This document shows positions 23,363-38,000 of a stretch of 64,000 nt of DNA, in pieces. How positions within the stretch are numbered: position 1 is the stretch's first letter; every line of letters starts with the position of its first letter. A program made the position numbers and the translations under genes. Origin of the DNA: Lytechinus pictus. Lineage: Eukaryota. The stretch is from NCBI RefSeq assembly GCF_037042905.1, contig NC_087250.1, forward strand, positions 26,414,001 to 26,478,000. Direction: 5' to 3'. A model generated the notes under the pieces. It made no database searches and was not told the DNA's origin. It saw only the letters and a program-made list of their open reading frames with translations.

Positions 23363-24172
23363 CAGTGCGTCCCACAAAAAACGAAACCGAGATTTATCGA
23401 TGATTTATTATAACTTAATCATAAATACAATAGACAAATGACCTACCATTTTAAAGCTCAGAATCTCTTCTTTCATTTGAAATTACTTATATTATTTCTC
23501 ATTCACGCATAAGTGAGTAAAAACAATTTGAAGAGGGGATACCAAAAAGTCATTTGGCGAGCTGTATCTGGGTTTCAAATAGAAAACCTCATTTTTTTAA
23601 AGTTCAATATCTGCTCTTTAATTTGATACCTCAATTACAGAAAATGGTCAAAAAATAACAAAGTTCTGGTTATTTGAAATAAGGCTTGAATTTCAATAAT
23701 TTCATAAAATGAAGAGGTTTTACAGGCTAGCGTTCAAACTCACTCGACGCTCCGTTTTGTTTACGATCAGCCATGCATTAAGTCTTTTGTTAACCATGCG
23801 ATAGCTTCTGTGGGAAACCGGTGAAAACACGTTATTTAATAAAATTGTGGAAATACAAGCATTGTTTCGAGGGACCATAACTTTTTTACTTCTTGACCAT
23901 TTTTTGTGATTAAGGTATCAAAGAAAAGAGCAGATATTGAACTTCTTAGGCATGTGATTTTCTTTTTGAAATTCAGATACCCCCCGCCAAATGAGGTTTT
24001 GGTATCCTTTCTTCAAATTGTTTTTGAATGAATGAGGAATAATCTTAGTGATATCAGCTTAAAGAGGAGATTCTGAGCTTTAAAATGGTAGGTCATTTGT
24101 CTATTGTATTTGTGATTAAGTTATGATAAATCATCGTTTAATCTCGGTTTCGTTTTTTTCTGGGACGCACTG
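23363..24172. mobile_element. Tc1/mariner-type MITE, long foldback TIRs, TA TSD
   Basis: TA|CAGTGCGTCCC...GGGACGCACTG|TA. Confidence 0.88.
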
Positions 24173-24439
24173 TATATATATATTTTTTTCATAACAAATT
24201 GATTTTTGTAGATTTTATTGATGCTTACGAAAAATTTAATGAAATGGAAGAAAATAAATGTTTATTTGAAATGAATTGAATTCAATATACATATATATAT
24301 ATATATATATATATCACAGCGCATTATGTCACTGTGGAAACGAATAGAAGATACGCAACAACGCAAATCAAATCGAATCTTCTTACTCTTTTATTAAAAC
24401 AACTGAAGATAAGTATTCTCAATTTGATGTTCTTCTTAC

Positions 24440-24570
24440 CTTATTGCGGTTGTCCTTGCATAGAGAGTGATTGATTTATTATGCATCCAAATCCACTGTG
24501 TCCAGGGTTTTTTTAAGGACTTATTCATGTTATTGTTATCATATACCACGTGACCGCTCACGTGATATGA
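24440..24570 (-). promoter_or_regulatory. Putative promoter and short 5' UTR exon of copy A
   Basis: AAG|GTAAG donor at 24440/24439, TATA-like segment ~24474-24482, tandem CACGTG at 24547-24552 and 24559-24564; all conserved in copy B. Confidence 0.5.
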
Positions 24571-26482
24571 TAACACGTTTGTCCCATATGTATCATAGCA
24601 TCTGCAAAGTGATCAGAAATTTGATATAAAAAATTATACTATGTATACATAAACTCAAGTTCAACCTTCTTATATTTACATTCATGGGGCGTGGATGATA
24701 TAAACATAACATAAAACGTGTTTATGATGTATTACTTTGTAATTTCGATACATACTTACAGTAGAGAGTTTTTGCAAATCCAACCGTAGCACGCAGCAAA
24801 TGCACTGACAATCTAAGTCAAATCACAATGAAAAGGTTGGAGGTCTTTGTCAAACATTGATGAATTGGAACAATTTCGTCCTACGTTTCCGAGCTGACAA
24901 AAAAACGCAATGCCGTTTGTCCAAAGTCACGGACGAACCCGTTGTATCAATTCACAAACCTTCGACAAAGACATCATTGTCATGAATCGCATTTGATATC
25001 ACATTCTCTATGTTTCAGAAAGTGTTCTGCGTAGTAGTTGCGATAATGTCCCAATGTATTATACTGTAGAAGCCTACGTTGCAAAGTCAGAACCCTGAGA
25101 ACCATTTTTTTTTTTACTGGGGGTGCTGATGTAATTTTGACAAGCAAAAAAAAGGAGGTTTTACTGCAAACTATAAGTCATTTTCCTTTCATTTATCCAA
25201 TTTGAACACCTGCCATATTTGAGTGGGTACTGCCAGTGGAGAATAATACCAAGGAAATCTTGGGGGGTGCTTCATCTCCCCAGCACCCCCGCTCCCCAGG
25301 GTCTTGCGCCAAGCCTTGGTCTGGCTTTACTGTATGGCAAACACAATTAACACGAGGAAGCAACGAGAGTGACAGATTGTCACGTGGAAAGTGACTTTTT
25401 AAAATTATTTACTTACTGCTGCTTGACACCAAATAAAGAATACGTAGAACTGATGAATACAGTTATTAAAAAGATTTAATCATATCTCTTCAATCTTTCT
25501 GATGTTCTCTTTTGATGGTTTTACAATAATTTGTACATGAAAATATACACAGATATAACAAAATACAACTTAACTTAACGGTAATCGTTGACTCTAGCCC
25601 CCATCATCTCATTTGGCCTGACATGCCCCACTCGGCCCTGGTGGTCGGTCCAGTTCCTGGCCTCCGCAGCTAGCGATGTCTCTTCCACTCGGCCTCGGCC
25701 TCCGCAGACTGTTGCCCCTCGATGAGTAGCCCCCAGATCAGAGAGATGTGGCTTTAACGAATTAGTGGACGAGATCGAGCCCCCAATGATGACATGAATT
25801 GTGTCGAATCATGTCGGTGGAGAACCGGTGGCAGCTGGGGTCGTTATCTCGTCACCGACGTAGTCCCTCAGTTTTAACTTAGACTGCCTGTACGAACATC
25901 TGTAGTCTATTCTAGCTTAGGTGGTTCTCCCTGAATTACTGAAATTAACCTCCTAATATACCCTACCGTTACTAGGAATAACTGTAAAGTTTCTATAACG
26001 TAATTCAAAGAATTTCAATAGCAGATGAGTGCATAAAGCAACACATTCTTAATAACAAAAAGACTTCCTGTGCATCTGTACATCTACATTCTTCAATGCT
26101 AAAGCACAGTATTAACTATTTATGACACCTGTATAAAAATGCTTATAGTATACCTAATACGAAATATGGCATCAACCTGGTACACTTGTATTCTAAAGGG
26201 GGGGGGGTATCAAACGTTTCCAACGCTTGCCTTTAAAATATTCAAAACGTATGTATATGTTTGTCTACAAGACAACCCTAACCTGGACAAGTATGTTGAA
26301 CACATGTTTAAACTGAAACATTTTATAATTAAATTTATTTCCTGACACAGATAATGACGAAATTCTTCCTCTGGTACCTGGTATGGTTAAATCTTATTTA
26401 CCGTATGAAAATTACAAAACAAAATGAAAGTGTACAAAAGTGGATGATTGCTACAAAATGTGAACATAATGCCTATTCTTAA

Positions 26483-26913
26483 AGCCCCCATCACACTTAT
26501 TCCGAATCAAGCAGAATTGGCCTGAATGAAAGGACTATTGTTTGACCACCAGTTGGTCATTTAAATCTACTTCGAACACCGTTCGAAAATATCCCTCGAA
26601 TGTTTTGATCGTGACCAAAACCTTCGGGACGGCCAAAAGAAATGACAAAAATATTTCGAATGCACTCAGAATGCAGTCAGGATATTTAGAATGCCCCTAG
26701 AATGTCCAAGAACTTAGCACGAATTATCAATCTGACTCCATTGCGGTTCATTTTGACTAGTGTATGATGATACACCAGGTCAATTTACTGAATTTCAACT
26801 CCAGTTTGGTGAATTCATAAGTTCCTCCCAAAAATTTCTAGATTTTTTGAATATTTTTTTATTTCCAGCTTCTTCTTAATTCCTGTTGATTCCGAATAAG
26901 TGTGATGGGGGCT
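26483..26913. mobile_element. Harbinger-like MITE
   Basis: TIR AGCCCCCATCACACTTATTC / GAATAAGTGTGATGGGGGCT. Confidence 0.75.
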
Positions 26914-29900
26914 AAAAAATACAATACTGAACGATGACGCTTCTCTTCGCCACTGATTTCATGGTTCTGTTCTTCCTATAGACGTTCTTTTCAATATAAC
27001 GGAATAAATAACATACGGATACAATAAACCTGTCAATGTTGCCGTGACCTGGAGACCTTGCTGTACAGTCCTATAGACGAAACCGACTCCAGAAAAAGGC
27101 CTTGGGAAGCAGGGTTACAGGGGGTGCTGAAGCACCAAAATTTCCTTTGGGATGCTGCGTGCATTATTTTCATAGGCAGCATCCCCGAGTATTTTGGAAG
27201 ATGTGTCGAATTTGGAAAGGGTAATCAAAATGAAGTTCACTTTGCAGTGAAACTTCTTTTTTTTTCTTTTTTTTTGGGGTGGGGGGGTTGATATTACTCT
27301 GAACCGATTTGACCTCAATTTTGTAGTGAGAACCCTTTTCCCCCAATTTCTTTATGAACCAATTTGAAATCCATGTAGTAGTAAGAAACCTTTTTTTTCC
27401 CTTTTTTTTTTCATCAGAGCCCTCACCTAAAACACGTTAGCGTCACAAATTTAGTCATTTTTTCAGATCCTCTTTTAACGGTTAGGAAAGCGTTTGGGAC
27501 GGATCTGAATTTTTAGTCAGTCATTTATCGTCAAGTGTATCAATGCATAACAACACATAAATGCGATAACTTAGCTGGCAATTTATTTTATTCAGTCGAA
27601 CTAGGCCCAATCTGCATTTAACACATGCAATCATACACCTCGATTTCCAACTCGTTTCCCCCTCTTGCATGTCTATATCTGTTTTTCTCACTTCCTTTAT
27701 TTGACCTCTCCGCCACCACCCCCCCCCCCCCTCTCTCTCTCTCTCTGTCTCTACAACCCAGTCACCCAATAGTATGAGAGACAATTACTTTAAGATTAGA
27801 CACTTGCCAAGAAATTCAACAGGTAAAGTAATAAATAAATATCTTAATATGAATGCTTGTTTACAAACGGATGGGAAAACATGTTTTGTATCTCTTGTCT
27901 AAAACGATATGTTCAATAATATTCGATATTTAAGACATATATTTCATCCTGATGGAACAAGAGTTTGAACTTTACAACGAGAGGAAAATACACTAGCTCG
28001 ATTACAATCGGATAATATTTTACAAACGTTTCCGCAACTTAGTAAAATCTGGAGTTACCCTTTTATGGGGTTCTCTGAAATAATTAGATAGACAGGTGGG
28101 GTGTTTTTATTGCTTGTTTATGTATTTATTTGAATTCTAAGAGCATGGAGCTGTGAAAGTATGATATCGATAACCCATGGTTTAAAAATATTAGTTCATT
28201 AAGAAAATAAATGTTTACCATGTTTACATGCATGCCATATGTATATTACTATTACAAAAAGGCATATGGATAATTGTGCAATTCCATCTAATATTACGAA
28301 CCATTTTACTTCAATTTGCCTGGAGCTAACAGGATAAGTGATGTTAAATCAGACATAAATTTTGGAATACCCAATTGTTTACACAAAATGTACAAAATGA
28401 TACATTCATATCTTTTGGACCAAATCTACCTTACAACAAAATTGGAGTCACATTCGAATACTATCACAATAATGCATAAACATTAGTCTAGATATAAATG
28501 ATACATCACGCCCCTCTATATACTAGAATATAGTGTTAAAGTGAAAACACTCAATGTGAATGGATAAGCATAGTTCTTTGTATTGTTGGTTGGTTTGTTG
28601 GCTTTAGAGATGATGGCGCTATTCCATCGACGTGATCGATATCTACATTGATATACGCCAGGCTACGTGATTTCACCCTCCCCTGTACAGCTCTCATCAT
28701 TCGATTCTGCTATTTAATTGCACTCTGTGTTATAGATAAATTCACCTGGAAAAGGCGTAGTGCAATACTTAAATGATTCACCGTTTTCTTGTGATAACAT
28801 TGGTTGTTAGTTTTGACAGGTAGTACTTGTATTTGACCTTTTCCCTTCATTGACCAGAGTGACAGTAATTTTGTTGTAATTATGTGCCTTTCGAATTCAA
28901 GCGCTCCTTACATAAATTATATTCTCCATATCTTCGATTGAACACCTGAGTAAAAAAGGCCAAAGTCTAAAAGAAGTCATTTCGAGAAAATCGGAAAAAA
29001 ATGATATTCTTTTTTTTTATTTGGGTAATTGAAGTATATGATTGGCCAAAATAAATCAGAGAACATCATTAAACAAATATAAGTGTATTTTCTATGAACA
29101 TTAATATTCACGTTACTTGTGGGCGGGGGCCTTTTGTCTGTTGGACTTGGGTCGTTTATAGAATCATATGGACTTGGGTCATTCTTATATTCATATACAT
29201 GGTAGACTTATGTAGTTAGTACAAGAAATGAGAGAGGGCGCTATGATATAAATGTAAGAAAAACCCAAGTCCTAGACTTGGGCTTTTCTTACACTCATAC
29301 CAGATATTCCTACTTTATTTAAGGCATTACTGAGATGATTTCAGATTTATCATTTAAACACAACATGAGTCATTGTATAAGGAACAATTTCCCATATTAA
29401 ACTCAATTTCGCAAAAAAAAAATGGACTTGGGCCGTTTTATATTCAAATACTCGATTAAAAAGAAGAAGGAAGTAAATCATGGTATTTGCAAGAATACCT
29501 CCATGGAATCTCCAGAAATATATTTGTTTTATTTACATAATTACATATCATACTACAAGGTATGTATATGCATTACTTGTCCAATATATAGCTAGGCCTG
29601 AAAATAAATTAATATGACTACAAATTAATGTAAGTAGCCAGCCGGAGGCAGTAGCGTCAATTTAATGTAACGCGTTGACCGGCGGAATCACGTAATTAGT
29701 TCTTCGCGCGTTGAAATCAACCAAGTATGTACGTTATTACACGCAAATCACATAACCCGTTGTTTATTTAGGGCGGCTATTGTCGGGTACGCCCAAAAGG
29801 CGGCAAACACTCTCTTCCTTTTTAGCATTGACGAACTTCAAGTGTTTATTCCAATCAAGTTTACTTTTTGGACCGGTGGCAGACAAACTCTTTAACCCCC

Positions 29901-30095
29901 CCCAAAAAAAAAAAAAAAATTCCCCAAGAATTGGGGGAAGGGAAACTCCCCCTTGAACATTGAGGCGGACACCCACCCCCCGTGATCGCCGCCTACGACA
30001 GGGCGTGTGATAACCAATGTGTTAAGACGTTTTTTTATAGGCGTGATACTTCTATGGTTGCTAAAATGATATCATTGAGCTATGTTTTCCCCTTC

Positions 30096-30236
30096 CTAGA
30101 TGGCATTCATGGCATCTGTGGTTGGTCCAGCATGTCCATTAATGGATTCGTTGTCTTGATCATCAACATGATCCAACTCATCTTTCTTGTTGTAGACCTC
30201 TCTCATTTCTTCCTGAACGACTGGTAATTTATCATC
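30096..30236 (-). CDS. Copy B terminal coding exon 15 (DDKLPVV...AMNAI*)
   Basis: cag acceptor, acidic hydrophilic tail, TAG at 30096-30098. Confidence 0.75.
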   Translation of the reverse strand, partial: DDKLPVVQEEMREVYNKKDELDHVDDQDNESINGHAGPTTDAMNAI

Positions 30237-32044
30237 CTGCGTATGGAAATAGAGATACCACATTCCTTTTAAATGGCAAAAGTGACAAAGAGCATTTGAC
30301 TTCGTTAAGAGGAAGGGGAGTCGCAGAAGTGACCATTTTATTCATGCAATTGCAGGATGTCGTCCCTAAGGTAACTTTATACAACACACACATATTATGT
30401 TAATATGGGTATCCTCAAAGGCGACCGCACACCTTACGATTGGTCTGCGACCCGATTTCAAAATAAAATGTAGTAGAATTTGATGTTAATATTGAGACTT
30501 GGAATATCTTACTGTGTAACGTTTTAAATCATTGTACGAATTTCTATGTTCAAATCTGTGACTATGCTATCATCCCTCTTTGAATAAAAGCGAGTTTAAC
30601 ATATAGTCGTAATGACGTCATAGCAGTCGTACGATTGGCTACGATTTGAAACTAATTTGGCCTTTACTCCAAAATGAAGGCTTGCAATCTTACGAAATGG
30701 TCATATTACACTCTTAAAAATGTTGGGCAACATACGGTCCACACAACAATTGGTTAAAACTTTATCCAATTCTGGGTAGTTTTCAACCAATACTGTGTAG
30801 TTTTCACCCAAAGCACACATTATTGGTGTAAAACTACCCAGAATTGGATAAAGTTTTAACCAATTGTTGTGTGGACCGTATGTTGCCCAACATTTTTAAG
30901 AGTGTAGTAGGCCCTATTCTTTCAATTAATTTAAACCTCAAATAAAATTATACGGTCCATTCACAAACGACCATTTCTGTATCAGGTACATCTAAACATG
31001 ACATTGAAACACAGCTTAATGAAGTAATGAAGCAAACACATGAATGGTTAATTCGAAACAAGCTTATTTTCAATGTCGATAAGACTAAGACAATGCTACT
31101 TGGTTCACGTCAAAAAGTTTGCACATTACAAGATAAAAACTTAGATAGTATTATAGACGGAAAATCCATAGCATGTGTAAATGAATATAAATGTCTTGGG
31201 GTCATTATTGACTCATATCTATACTTTAGAAGTCATACAAACAAAGTTGCAAAAGATGTTAAGCAAAAGTTGGGTATTTTGAGAAGACTGAGATCTACCT
31301 TCTCCGCTGAACAATTGTCACAGATTTACTGGGGGTATATAATGCCCCATATTCTCTATTGTTGTAATGTGTGGACAGGGAGAAGTGATGTCAATTACGA
31401 TATCCTTAATCGCCTACATAAAAGGGCAGCATACTTAATTTCACACTTAACTTGGGAAACCCCGTCCAATGAAGTATTTGATAAATTATCTTGGCCAACA
31501 TTGGACAAACTCTTTTGGAAATCTGCCTGCTGCACAATGTTTAAAATAATTCATGAACTTGCCCCACCTATACTTTCACGTAGAATTGTACTTCTAGACA
31601 CCGTACTAATGAGGAACTCTAGACGATCAAACAAACTGATTTTGAGACTCCCAAAATGCTCCACCTCTTTCTATCAAAATTCTTTCCTTTATTCAGGTGC
31701 CACAAAGTGGAACAACCTTCCGGACGCTACGCGACTAGAAAAGCGGCCAGCTTCCTTTAAATTACTCCTAAAATGATATCATGCAATCACAGATAAGAAT
31801 ATGACATCACTTCTCATACTTACAGCCCATGCTACATGTATTATGTTTTATTAGAAATGCATGATCACTTCCTCAATTTGGTTTTTATCCTATGCTATCT
31901 TATGTTGTTCATAAGAATATGCTTGACTGGTCAAATATTACATAATTTTCTTTGCTCCTGAACTCCCTTTCGCTCTCTCCCTCTCTCACATTTTTCTTCC
32001 CTCTCTCTCCACTTCTATGCCTCTCTCTCTGTTTGCCTCTGCCA

Positions 32045-32085
<41 letters not shown>

Positions 32086-35000
32086 TTCTCCCTGTCTTAC
32101 CATGTCCTTTTACTTTCTCATTCTGTATCTTATTTTGATGTGTATATATGTCTTCTTTACTTATGTTTTCTTTATGTTATGAATTATATGTTTTGGTATT
32201 AATGCAGAGCCCTGTGGAAGACCAGCGATTTTTTATGAACGTTTTAATTGTATATATTGTGTAATTTTACATATTTGTTTGTATAAAGCTGAACAGGCTA
32301 CTCTGGATAAAGATTTGAAATAAATAAATAAATAAATAAATAAAAATGCAATAGACAGACTCGATTTGAATAGTCAGCGATGCAGTAGATCCCAATCTCA
32401 ATGGCGATACATGCCCACACGCCAACGTGAATATGCAGCCACCACATACATAAATCCCCCCTAACCTTCAAATCCACACAAGATATCAGCCTGAAGTTAT
32501 ACCCTTGTGCAAAAATAGTGCAAATGTAAAAAAAAATGAAGAACTGAAGAAAAAATAAATCATACCTCTTCATAGTTGATCTCGTCAATACCACACCGCA
32601 TGCGCCGTTTGAGACTTCCGGGGAAACAACAGAAGAGGGCGTCTGTCAAGTGATTCTTCAGGCGATTATCAATCAATTCAGGATCTTGGAAACCTTCCGA
32701 CATGCCAAAGATTAAAATAAGGTTCATTCAGTAAAATATCTGAACATGTAGGTTTTGAGTAATCGGAAATTCATTTGCACGTGGTTTACCATGTGGGTGT
32801 CGTGGTCTAGTGGTTACGACTCTTGTCTTTAAATGTGTTGGACGTGGGTTCGATTCCCAACCACGGCGTGCGTTCTTCAGCAGGGGCCGTGGAAACTTTT
32901 TTCCACACCGTGTAAAAAAACGTAAAAATGACAATATGATTGTGATTTTTTTGCATGGTCAGCCACCCCCGCCCCCCCCCCCACACTTTGAAAACCGTTC
33001 CGCGGCACCTGTTCAGTAAGAAATTTATCCACATTGTGCTGCAGTCAACCCAGGCGAGCTGAATGAGTATCCGATAGGAAGAAATTCCTTGAACGCTTGA
33101 TCGCCTGTATGGCGGCTCTGCGACAGCCGTGGTAATCATGGTAATAATGATTATGATACCAAATGTAAAGCGCAGTTGCTTGATATAGTATCTGCGCTTA
33201 ATAAATGGTCCATATTATAATAAGTATCTTTATTCTTCTTATTATTATTGTCTTTATTATTATTATTATTTTTACCTGTTAGATAACTGACGATCATTGC
33301 TGTGATTATGCACACAATGCTTCCGATAAGTCCATAGTAAAGAAATGAAATATGATACAAGTTGGTAATTGCTGGCCTGGAAATAGAGAGAGATAGAGAG
33401 AGAGAGGGATTGTCGAAATAATTATTGTTTATTGAATATTACAAACGCAATGGACTTAAGCATGTACTCCGCCTAAGATAATACATTCATGGAGGGATGA
33501 GAGAAGACTTACTTTTAAAGAAAACAAAAGTCCCCAGTCAACATGCTTAAAAGATGCAAAAGGTGCTAAAGCGGGGAATTTCGTCGTTCATTGGACTAGG
33601 TTATAGTTTAACCCCCCCCCCCCCACGTATAAAGATGTGTACACACACACACACACAAACAGACAGTTCTCATACCGGAATTTACTAATGCATAACACAT
33701 ACAGTGACACCTGTCTTTAGTGACCACCAGAGGAAAACACAAAATGAGGCCTTTATAGCAAGGTGGCTGCTATAGACAGGTTCGTATACATACAATCTGC
33801 CTCCATGGAATCAGTTTTAGTGGTCACTATAGGCAGGTGGCCACTTACACAAGTTTGACTGTACATTAGTGAAAATTGCATTAAAAAACAAATGAGATGC
33901 ATTAGTCACAACTCCTTTGAAGACTTAAAAAAAAACAGGAGTTAAAACTCGCCGTACTTACAATTCCTCAGAAATTGGTTCCTTGGTAGAGCCTGGGAGT
34001 GTTGCCGTAGTCCATTCTGTGGTTGGGATGGTGTAGGTCGTGTATGTGCCATTGGGTACTGGACAACCTTCAATCGATAAAGGCAGTTGCCCCCTTGATG
34101 AGGGGTATATGATTGATCCTACCTTGATCCAGACCATGACAATGAAACTGGCTACGAACCCAGCAACAGCCCCCTGGAAATACGTAAAATAAGTAATGGT
34201 TCTTCTCTTAGTTCTTTTTAAACCTGGTTATCGGTGGAGCATAGGATCAGTCATAATGGTTATAGTCGCGTGCATTTGAGTGTCCGAAAGTCCACACACA
34301 CAGCTTCAACACAGGGAACAGTCGTTTTCATGAACGTAATATTGCAGATATCCGGTTATGTCTTTATAACTGATAATAATCTCACACCAGATTGATAATA
34401 GTGTGAAAATTTTTATCCAATTCCATTAATTTGATGTAAATATTATTACAATTAATTCACTTTTTACGTCTCGCTGTTCATTTGAAAGTGTCAATGTTCA
34501 CAGCTCTTGCTACGGCAAACGGTCTGAAATCACCCATATTTTCGAAACGCTGGCACCTTTGTTTTCCCACTGGAATATCCCTAAGGGTAAAAAAGGTCGA
34601 GATTGATTGTCATCTCAATGCTAAATATATTACCTACAGTTTGATGTTTAATACTTTATGACTGGTATAATGGTTACATCTCATTTTTCTCCCAAACTTT
34701 GAGATCGAGCAGCCAGAACATGGCATATTTATGTGTACAACGTCACGTGACTAACGTATGATAGTTTCCGTCCCTATATAGACCCTTTTCATTTGAAACA
34801 ATTAATACAGTCCAAATAAACTTAATTAACGCATTTAATGTTGAAAGTAACAATGTTATTGTACTAATAAGCTTTGCCTATTGATATCTATAATATAGCT
34901 ACAGTTTGAGGAAGCAAATATCAAGTCCGGAATTGATTTTGAGTTGCAATAGGGTCTGCGTGAGTACACTATATACTGAAATTGAAGCTGAAACTGAAAC

Positions 35001-38000
35001 TTTATTCTGTCGACCCCTTTCGGAGTATGAGAATATACACAGTTATACAAACATCAAACATTCATACATAGTATGCATACGTACATAAATACATACATAA
35101 CAAAACGTGAATAAAAATAAAAAGCTATAACAACATGGCAAAAAAAGATGAAGAAAGCCTTGAATGCAAAAGATAATACTGTTGAACACATGAATAACAA
35201 AAAGAGATAGAAAAATGATATAATAAGAGATTAATATACAGGTATATACATGTACATTTGGTACTTATCTACGAAACTGTGTCATAATAATATTAACAAA
35301 CTGGGCAAGCTTTGACAGTGTTTTGGGAATTTTAGGCTAGCATCGTCTGCTACGTAAACCAAATGAACGAACATGACCGAAACTAACCATTATGAAAAAA
35401 AAATACGTGGCCCCTAAAAAATTAAAGGGGGTCAAATAAGATTAAATAACAACTTTAATTACTCGTTCGATCAAAATAAAATGTCACTTGACATGCCCAC
35501 GACCTATGAACAGAGCCTGCTGACATCAGGGGGGGGGGTCATGAAAGGTGTCAGCAATGACAAGTTGTCTTTCTCCGACCATAGCGAAAAACAGAGCTTC
35601 TGAGCCAATCAAAACTGAGAATTTCACAAAAATTGTCAGCGATGACCTTTTAATCAGTGCTGAAAACTTTCGTTTTTGAAGTACCAGTCAGTTGTTCTCA
35701 GCACAACTCTATACACCTTGCAAGCTTTCGATTCTCATCGATCAATGTAAAAATAAACCAAAAAAAAAAATAGATCGGAGATGGTTGAAATGTTAAGGAG
35801 TTACTAACTCTGGAACCGACGACAAAAGCTCCCACCAAAAGTAACTTCACAGCGCATCCTAAAAAGAGTTGTCGCTTTAATTTTTTATCACTTTGTATTG
35901 GCTAAAACAAGGAAGGGGAATCCCAAGAAAATAGTTTATTGCAACAAAAAAATGTAGCTTATACGAACCTTTGAATTACAACGATGTACGAATACAGCTA
36001 AGATAAAGACACCTAGGAACCCGCCAGAGATCACCCCGACAACGCTGACGGTAAACTGAAAAAAAAAAACACAGACACAAACAAATTCCATGCTTATGGC
36101 GGGCGTACGACGGATGTAAATACCTGAATTCGAGAAATTTTATGCGGCGGCCGCAATGTCGACATACGGCGGATTCATTTTTTTTACAGGCCGTAGGGGT
36201 GGCAGAAAAATTATAACGCGGAGTTCTAACATTTCTTTTATATTTCTATGCTTGCCGTAGTAATTAGACCAGCCGTAGCCATGGCGTAGAACAGATCACG
36301 GTGGCAGTCCGTCGAGCGCACGGTGGCCATTCGGTTGCCCAGGGGAGTGTTTCATCAATATTAATTTTTGTCCGACAAGTCGTCAAATCTGACAAGTTTC
36401 CTTGATTCTGATTGGCTGTGAGGCAGTGTTACTATGGTAACTGTCGTATAAAATAAGATTTGTCGGATTAAACGTCTGACAAGTCCTTCATTAAACAGTC
36501 CCCTGGACTCGAACGGTGTACTACTTCCCTCCTTGTTTTTATCAATAATAATTCATGTATGAATCAGTGTGAATAGATTCGAATTACCCTAATCAAGTAA
36601 AATACATGAATATCATGTTTAGATATTCTCTAACCCATTTGTAGGTGACTGTAAAACAGTACATCCATTTATTTTGTGCATTATAACTCCCTATGAAATA
36701 TTTTACTACAATTTCATTAGAAAATGGGGTAAAATAAACATAAATATATCACTTCACTCTGAGTAGTCCACGTCCTGGACGATTTTTATTGATTGGGCAA
36801 ACCCTATCGGAAAGTACCCCGCGCGCACACATAACCAACACACACACGCCCTCCACTGATTATAATACCCCCAGTGATTTACCTAACCCAGTGATTCACC
36901 TTACCCACTGATTCACTTTCCCGACTATTCAGGGGGTGTGTGTATGCGTGTTATGGGGATGTAGTGTGTTATGTGTTTGGTAGTCGTATCGTACAAAATA
37001 ACAACAGTCCAGGAGGTGGACTTCTCTGAGAGGAGCTAGTGTGATTATGAAATTAGATTAGCTCTTTTGCATTTAGAGAGTATATCGTAAATTTAAAGGT
37101 GTGGTCTATTGTGTACGGTTTGCAGGTGCCAGGAGCCTAATTACATGTGGAGGGCTAAAGATATTCGTTCGACCCAATTCGATTTTTTTCAAATTTGATA
37201 TTGCTGATTGGCAAACGTGTATGAATGTGATTCAAAATCTAACACTGATTCTAGAAATGGTAACTACTGAACTTCCTTTGCCCAAATTGGGAAGATATAT
37301 CAATGATTTGGAACTATTTTTTTGACTGGCGGAAGAATTGGGGCTATTTTACTGTTTCAGTTGATGAATTTGATCCCATCAAAGTTATCTTCATAAATGG
37401 CGATTTATTTTTAAAATGAGCTGGCTACGATACCCTTCTCTGGTCAGATATGGAATGTCAGATATATATCCTATCCAAAGGTAGTAACCATTCGACCCTC
37501 TAATTTCACATTTATTTTTAAAGATTTTTTCTTAAGTGCCATTTTAACACACAAGTCTATGGGGAATGTTTTACGCGCGTGATACCTGCAGCGTTTATTT
37601 ACTTTACACGTCACGGTATGCTATTACGTTTTGTGCACATTCGTAACCCCCACCCTCTAATCAACGAAGTATTGGGTTATATGACCCAACTAATCGGTTG
37701 AATTCTACAAGCAAAATAAGAATCACAACCTAACGTTAACCAGATGAATGTAAATTGGCATTGAGAACAGACTAACACCTTCGCACGAGTCGGTATATTA
37801 GACATGTTAGATTAGATGACGCATTTTTGTACGAAAGTACTCAAAACGTGATAGCACATCATGATGTGAAAATGTGAGTAGGCCTAAACGTTGCAAGCCT
37901 ATTAGTACTTTCTCCAAACCTGTAAGATTCCGGACTGCATGAAACTAATACAAAATGAAAAGCCAATCGCCAACATGCCGTACACAAGAGCTGTAATACA

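Larger units (their letters stand above)
1..24800 (+). repeat. Tandem segmental duplication, paralogous to ~39690-63190
   Basis: Collinear exon, intron and upstream similarity interrupted by copy-specific insertions. Confidence 0.9.
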
